From assembly GCA_964016885.1 (NCBI GenBank), contig OZ024741.1, positions 251,348,001 through 251,412,000 of the forward strand: 64,000 nucleotides of DNA. Reading direction: 5' to 3'. Below are positions 57,681 to 64,000 of this stretch, piece by piece (the first letter of the stretch is position 1; each line of letters starts with the position of its first letter). The position numbers and the translations under genes were made by a program. Origin of the DNA: Eledone cirrhosa (lineage: Eukaryota). Below the pieces are notes generated by a model. That model worked only from the letters and a program-made list of their open reading frames with translations. It made no database searches and was not told the DNA's origin.

Positions 57681-57774
57681 TATGGTGAACTAACTGTTGT
57701 GTAACCACTTCTATCTAACTCGTCCCTTGGACTGAGTGCTTTACCACTACGGATATTACCTTCCAGTGTTCCAC

Positions 57775-57854
<80 letters not shown>

Positions 57855-57867
57855 GTGTGTGTAGAAG

Positions 57868-57902
<35 letters not shown>

Positions 57903-58269
57903 TGTGTAGGAGTTATATTTAAGTTATATTTAATTTGTTGGGATTCCAACAAACTTAAAAGTTTATAACTGATATAGAGCACTCAACAGTTATTTAATTA
58001 TAATATATAATTTAAAAAAAAACACGTGGGACATATAGGAGAGACATAAAACCCGGAAAATACGGACTCATACACAATTCCCGTTCATCGGCTGACTTTT
58101 GAGAATCCTTATATTTTCATAGGCTTTAAAGACAGGACTATTATTCGCATGTATGTATGTATGTATGTATGTATGTATGTATGTATGTATGTATGTATGT
58201 ATGTATGTATGTATGTATGTATGTATGTATGTATGTATTATGTATGTATGTGTGTATGTCCTTTCATCT

Positions 58270-59150
58270 CGCAGGATATCCAAAAATCACTCTTCACCAG
58301 GCAAGCTTGGTGTAGTTGCCGGTTTAATCGCCGACAATTCGACTATGCAACATGTTGTACTGGCTTACATGTTACCTGCAGCGCTCAAGAGCGACCTGAT
58401 TCTTTCTGGAGAGCATGCAACGTATTGGGCCCATCAATCAGTTTGAAAAAGACCGTCGTGATGTACCAACCCGCACCAGACATATGTGTATGATCAGAGA
58501 TTGAAAGTCGTGGATAAGTTTGTGTATCTAGGCAGTACTGTAAATATTGTTGGTCGTTTTTGGTCTCAGCATGGTATTTCCATTGTGACAAATTGAAAGT
58601 TGTATAATGCCTGTATTCAGTCTTCTTTGCCGCATGCATGTGAGACTTGGGTCACTTATCGGAGGCATCTGAAAAGGTTGGAGCACTTTCACCAAAGGTA
58701 TTCGACCTATACAGGGCATCTACTGGAAAATATACTAAATGACACTGAAGTCCTCGAACACAGTCAGTCAACAAGTAAAGAGTCTCTCATATTTCAGTAT
58801 CGATTACGATTGATTGGTCATATGGTGAGGATGGATGATGATCGCATCCCTAAGTAGTTCCAGTACAATGAGCTAGTCGAAGGTAAACGACCAGCACACA
58901 AACCAAAATTTGAGGTACAAGAATTGCATTAAAAGCACACTAGAGGAAGACAGCGAATGATTGGAAGAGAGAAATTGAAAGAAACCATATTGAGCATGAA
59001 CAGACCAAGCGGTGTGCCCGTAAGAGCCATGAGGTCAGTTTGCCTGAGTATCTTGGCATGCCGGTTAATTTAACTTGTAAAGGTTGTGATTGTTTATGTC
59101 TAAGTATGACAGTCTTTGGAGGTCATCAAAGAAGTCACATGCACAAGGAC
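58270..59150 (+). mobile_element. RTE/BovB-like LINE 3' fragment (frameshifted)
   Basis: ISLKKTVVMYQP, LKVVDKFVYLGST, YNACIQSSL..ACETW, RLRLIGHMVRMDDDRIPK, C-terminal C2H2-like CKGC...GHQRSH. Confidence 0.85.
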
Positions 59151-59191
59151 ACTATCAACAATGCATTGTTGTTTGTAGGGAGTATAGAAAA

Positions 59192-59790
59192 TAATTGTTT
59201 CTACTTTTGGCACAAGGCCAGCAATTACCCCAGTGCATTACTGCTACTTTATTTTATCGACCCCGTAAGGATGAAAGACAAAGTTAACCTCGGCGTAATT
59301 TGAATTCAAACCGTAAAAGGCCGTAACTCTGTGCTGCAAAGCATGGCGTCAGACCCTCTACCGATACTGCCAATCCACCAATGTGCCTGAGTTAGTGAAC
59401 TGAAACATCATATGAAAGTACACCAAAGCAGAGAGACACCCATCGTTGCCGCATCTGTGCAAAGCATGTGGGTCCCTAACGGAATTTAAAAAAAAGCCAC
59501 GCCAGTGCTGATCATGCTTAAGAGGAGTGACACACGTTGGCATTGCTCAAAATCGAGTTGTGGCCATCATCATCTGTGTGTATGTATATATATATATCAT
59601 CGTCGATTGGCAGTATCAGTAGAGGGTCGGACGCCATGCTTTGACGCATAGAGTTACGGCCCTTGCCATTCTGAGTTCAAATCCCGTCGAGGTTAATTTT
59701 GCCTTTCATCCTTACGGGGTCGATAAAATAAAGTACCAGTAATGCACTGGGGATTTTTCTGGCCTTGTGCCTAAAGTAGAAACAATTATT
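59192..59790. mobile_element. Inverted pair of family-1 SINEs (59192-59380 minus, 59605-59790 plus)
   Basis: Near reverse-complement copies about 225 bp apart. Confidence 0.85.
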
Positions 59791-59923
59791 TAATGATGTT
59801 TACACTCTACTAATGTACTGAGTACCTTTTTTTAACCGTGGTTACCCCCTGATATTACACACACACGCAGACACGCACACACACACACACACACACATAC
59901 ACATATTCACATATATATATATA

Positions 59924-60117
59924 TAACTAAGGAAGTGTGGTAAGGAACCAGGTGGACCATAATGCACCAGAGTACTCGATACTTTGGGTACTAAAGTGGA
60001 TAATAGGAAAAGAGTCAGGACCCCGACGGTTGAGCTCCTGCCATTTCGACAGCTAGTTCTGAATTAGCTGTCGAAACGGCCGGAGCTCAGCCGTCGGGGT
60101 CCTAACTCTTTTCCTAT
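59924..60117. mobile_element. Fold-back mini-element, family B
   Basis: Imperfect palindrome 60003-60117 centred just upstream of hammerhead GAAAC; tail to 59924; TA flanks. Confidence 0.75.
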
Positions 60118-60439
60118 ATATATATAATATATATATATAGCAAAATATATATAAATAAGCTATTCAATCCACCTCTCCTCTCACGAAACTCCCAGTTACA
60201 TGTACCATATCTCTATATTATATATAAATGTGAATAAAGACAGCCGCTGCCGGTGTGTTTCTGTGTATACAGACATACTATACACATGTTTACCCATATA
60301 TATATATATATATATACAAGCAGTAGAATCTACCACCCATCATCAGTTTCCAGCTAGCAGCGGACATCCTGCAAATATCGCTATATCCTGGCTTGCATCT
60401 CATTTCTATATCAATCCGATTGTAATGTCAAACATGCTT

Positions 60440-62130
60440 GTCGGTGCGTATGTGTGTATTCCTGTGTGTATGAATGTGTGTGTGTGTGCATGTGTGTATT
60501 CGTGTTTGTGTGTTTGTGTGCACGTACGTATGTATGTATGTGTGCGTCAGGGATTATATTTTTGTGAGTGTATGTGTGTATTGGTGTATGTGTGTATGTG
60601 TGTATGTGTGAGTGTGTGTGTGTATTCGTGTTTGTGTGTTTGTGTGTTTGTGTGCACGTACGTATGTATGTATGTGTGTGTGCGTCAGGGATTATATTTT
60701 TGTGAGTGTATGTGTGTATTCCTGTGTGTATGTATGTGTGAGTGTGTGTGTGTGTATTCGTGTTTGTGTGTTTGTGTGCACGTACGTATGTATGTATGTG
60801 TGTGTGTATGTGTGCGTCAGGGATTATATTTTTGTGAGTGTATGTGTGTATTGGTGTATGTGTGTATGTGTGAGTGTGTGTGTGTGTCTGGGATTATATT
60901 TTTGTGAGTGTATGTGTGTATTCGTGTACGTGTGTATGTATGTGTGTGTTTGTGTGCATGTGTGTATGTATGTGTGTGTGTGTCTGGGATTATATTTTTG
61001 TGAGTGTATGTGTGTATTCGTGTACGTGTGTATGTATGTGTGTGTGTGTGTGTGTGTGTGTTTGTGTGCATGTGTGTATATGTGTGTGTGTGTGTCTGGG
61101 ATTATATTTTTGTGAGTGTATGTGTGTATTCGTGTACATGTGTATGTGTGTGTGTGTGTGTGTGTGTGTTTGTGTGCATGTGTGTATGTATGTGTGTGTG
61201 TGTCTGGGATTATATTTTTGTGAGTGTATGTGTGTATTCGTGTACGTGTGTATGTGTGTGTGTGTGTGTGTGTTTGTGTGCATGTGTGTATGTATGCGTG
61301 TGTGTCTGGGATTATATTTTTGTGAGTGTATGTGTGTATTCGTGCACGTGTGTATGTATGTGTGTGTGTGCGTGTGTGTTTGTGTGCATGTGTGTATTCG
61401 TGTGTGTGTTTGTGTGCACATGCGTATGTATGTGAGTATGTGTCTATGTGTATGTATGTCTGTGCATATGTACGCGTGTGTGCATGTGATCGTGCATGTA
61501 TGAGTATAATTGTACATACATATTTGTGTATGCGTGTGCACATGTATGCGTGTGCACATGTATGCGTGTGCACATGTATGCGTGTGCACATGTATGCGTG
61601 TGCACATGTATGTGTGTATTTGTACATACATATTTGTGTATGCGTGTGTACATGTATGTGTGTATTTGTACATACATATTTGTGTATGCGTGTGTACATG
61701 TATGTGTGTATTTGTACATACATGTTTGTGTATGCGTGTGCACATGTATGCGTGTGCACATGTATGTGTGTATGTGTATATACGTTTGTGTATGCGTGTG
61801 TACATGTATGTATGTGTACATACATGTTTGTGTATGCGTGTGCACATGTATGTGTGTATGTGTACATACATGTTTGTGTATGCGTGTGTACATGTATGTG
61901 CGTATGTGTACATACATGTATGTGTATGCGTGTGCACATGTATGTGTGTATGTGTACATACATGTTTGTGAATGCGTGTGTACATGTATGTGTGTATGTG
62001 TACATACATGTTTGTGAATGCGTGTGTACATGTATGTGTGTGAATGCGTGTGTACATGTTCGTGTATGCGTGTGTACATGTATGTGTGTGAATGCGTGTG
62101 TACATGTATGTGTGTGAATGCGTGTGTACA
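60440..62130. repeat. Compound TG/TATG minisatellites
   Basis: gggattatatttttgtgagtg recurs every 90-145 bp, followed by tgcgtgtg(c/t)acatgta units. Confidence 0.85.
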
Positions 62131-62423
62131 TACACGAAGATGGTGAACGGCTTCGTCTTGCAGCATCATATTTAGGCGGCGGAGGGGGAGGTGAGGTGAT
62201 AACAGGTGGTGGGAGAGACCAAACATGGACGTACGTGTGTGTGTGTGTGTGTGTGTACCTGTATGTGTGTATATATATATATGTGTATGTTTGTGTATGT
62301 GTGTGTATGTCTGCGTGCGGTGGTGAACGTAATGGAAAGGTGTCGATGTAAGATACAGAGAAAGAGAAGAAAAGAGTCAAGCGGAGAAAAGGACAGAAAG
62401 AGAGAGGAAAAACAGGCAACCCA

Positions 62424-62489
<66 letters not shown>

Positions 62490-62497
62490 TATATATA

Positions 62498-62678
62498 TAA
62501 GGAAGAGTGGTAAGGAACCAGGTGGACCATAACGCACAAGAGTACTCGATACTTTGGTTAGTAGAGTGGGTAATAGGAAAATGTTTAATCCTTACGGCAG
62601 AGCTCAAACCGTTTCGACGGTTATTTCTGGGAAATAGCCGTCGAAACGGCTTGAGCTCTGCCGTCGGGGTTAAACATC
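62498..62678. mobile_element. Fold-back mini-element, family B
   Basis: Homologue of 1218 and 59924; arms about 62573-62625/62634-62678. Confidence 0.75.
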
Positions 62679-62696
62679 TCGATAGATAGCTAGATA

Positions 62697-63044
62697 TCTT
62701 TCTTTATTTGCCACAGGGGCGTACAAAAATAGGACATTACAAGACATGGCGGCAGGGGTTTTACATAAAAATCATATAACTTTAACATTAATAAATAACA
62801 ATAAACTATATATAATAAAATAACAATTGAAATCCCCAGTAGTGGGGAACGTTACTGCAGGGTTGTTTTACACCCCGTGGATAGAACAACCCTCAACACC
62901 AGGAACACGTTTCGTAGGTGTTCCCGTCTTCCCTCTGTTTATCTTCCTTAACCTACAGGTTTATATACAGAGAAGGCCCATTCACTCGGACCATTTTCTC
63001 CACATTCACTGCCCTTTCAGTGAATTTACTGGGGTGTAGCACCA
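62697..63044 (-). mobile_element. Tx1/L1-clade LINE 3' end in (GATA)n
   Basis: Diverged homologue of 63241-63560; GATA repeats on both sides. Confidence 0.65.
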
Positions 63045-63186
63045 TAGATAGATAGACAGATATGCAGAGAGACAGACAGACAGACATACATACAGACAGA
63101 CAGACAGACAGTCAGACAGACAGACAGATAGACAGACAAACAGACAGATAGATATGTTTCTTTTATTTCTTTTTTTTATAGACAGC

Positions 63187-63240
<54 letters not shown>

Positions 63241-63241
<1 letters not shown>

Positions 63242-63782
63242 ATTTTTTTATTAGCCACAAGGGCACAAAAGAAAGGGACAAATACAAATGGGGATTTTAC
63301 ATACAGGTATATGAAAATAAAACTATTAATAAAATAACAAATAACAATTGATATCCCCAATAGGGGGAAGGTGTTACACAGGGGTTGTACACACCCCGAA
63401 AAAATGTACAACCCTCATCTCCAGGAGCACCAAGAGTGAGTACTCCCTTCCTCTCTTCCTCTTTTTCCTCAACCTACTGGCTTATATAGAGAGAAGGCCC
63501 AACCACTCGGGCCATCTTTGCCACATTCACACACCTTTTATAAAATTTGCTGGGGTACAGCACCTCTCTCTCCATCCTGATTCTTCTTCCAAAATGATAT
63601 TTGAAAAAACGAATCAGTTGTTCGCCGGAGAGAAAGGTGTCTGACTTCAGCTCTTTTAACCTCGTCCACCATATAACCTCTTTCACCATAGCCATAACAT
63701 AACACATAGGAAAACCGCCTCTCCCTCGTTTTTGAAGGGGGGTGGCGGTTTGATCATGACAATGGACTCGGTGGTCAACCGA
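63241..63782 (-). mobile_element. Tx1/L1-clade LINE 3' end (ORF2 C-terminus + 3'UTR) in (GATA)n
   Basis: AVFL/CYVMAMVKEVIWWTR...LIRFFKYH...RIRMERE; 3'UTR ends in AATAAA followed by (TCTA)n on the minus strand. Confidence 0.7.
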
Positions 63783-64000
63783 ATAGATAATAGATAAATA
63801 GATAGATAAATAGATAGATAGATAGGGGTACAGTTGTGTCCACAGTATACGTGTGTCCGTATGTGTAAGTTCGAACCATTCAATTGATATCTCTGTGTGT
63901 CTTTCTCTTTCTCTCTCACTCTATTTCTCTCTCTGAATATATTATGCCCATTAATACAACAAATGTATACACACCATAACAGATACACACCGCATTTCTA

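Larger units (their letters stand above)
56902..57779 (+). mobile_element. 5'-truncated Penelope-like element with inverted pLTR copy
   Basis: About 240-bp inverted arms (56902-57140/57472-57714) flank a GIY-YIG C-terminal coding fragment; each arm has a hammerhead; inserted in (TA)n. Confidence 0.9.

Overview
Eukaryotic, AT-rich and very microsatellite-rich DNA. The protocadherin and the SINE repertoire point to an octopod cephalopod (Octopus-like; inference). Nearly all entries in the ORF track are translations of simple repeats. The only well-supported host coding sequence is the large exon of a protocadherin on the minus strand (ATG 34740, splice acceptor at 34773/4, phase-0 donor after 32332): signal peptide, six cadherin repeats, a transmembrane segment and a partial cytoplasmic tail. 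The rest is repeats: several tRNA-derived SINE families, a deleted Tc1 element, piggyBac- and hAT-type MITEs, RTE, R4/Dong and Tx1 LINE fragments, Penelope-like GIY-YIG remnants and minisatellites. The most striking signal is a set of about 11 short fold-back islands, each an inverted repeat plus a one-sided tail, embedded in (TA)n tracts. They belong to about 7 sequence families, and several contain complete or partial type-I hammerhead ribozymes. One still carries an open Penelope GIY-YIG endonuclease C-terminus, which identifies these islands as Penelope-type insertions. Their junctions cluster in or near the ribozyme, and their short arms mostly end at a TAT/ATA microhomology with the target. 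All structures were read by eye, and repeat boundaries are approximate.
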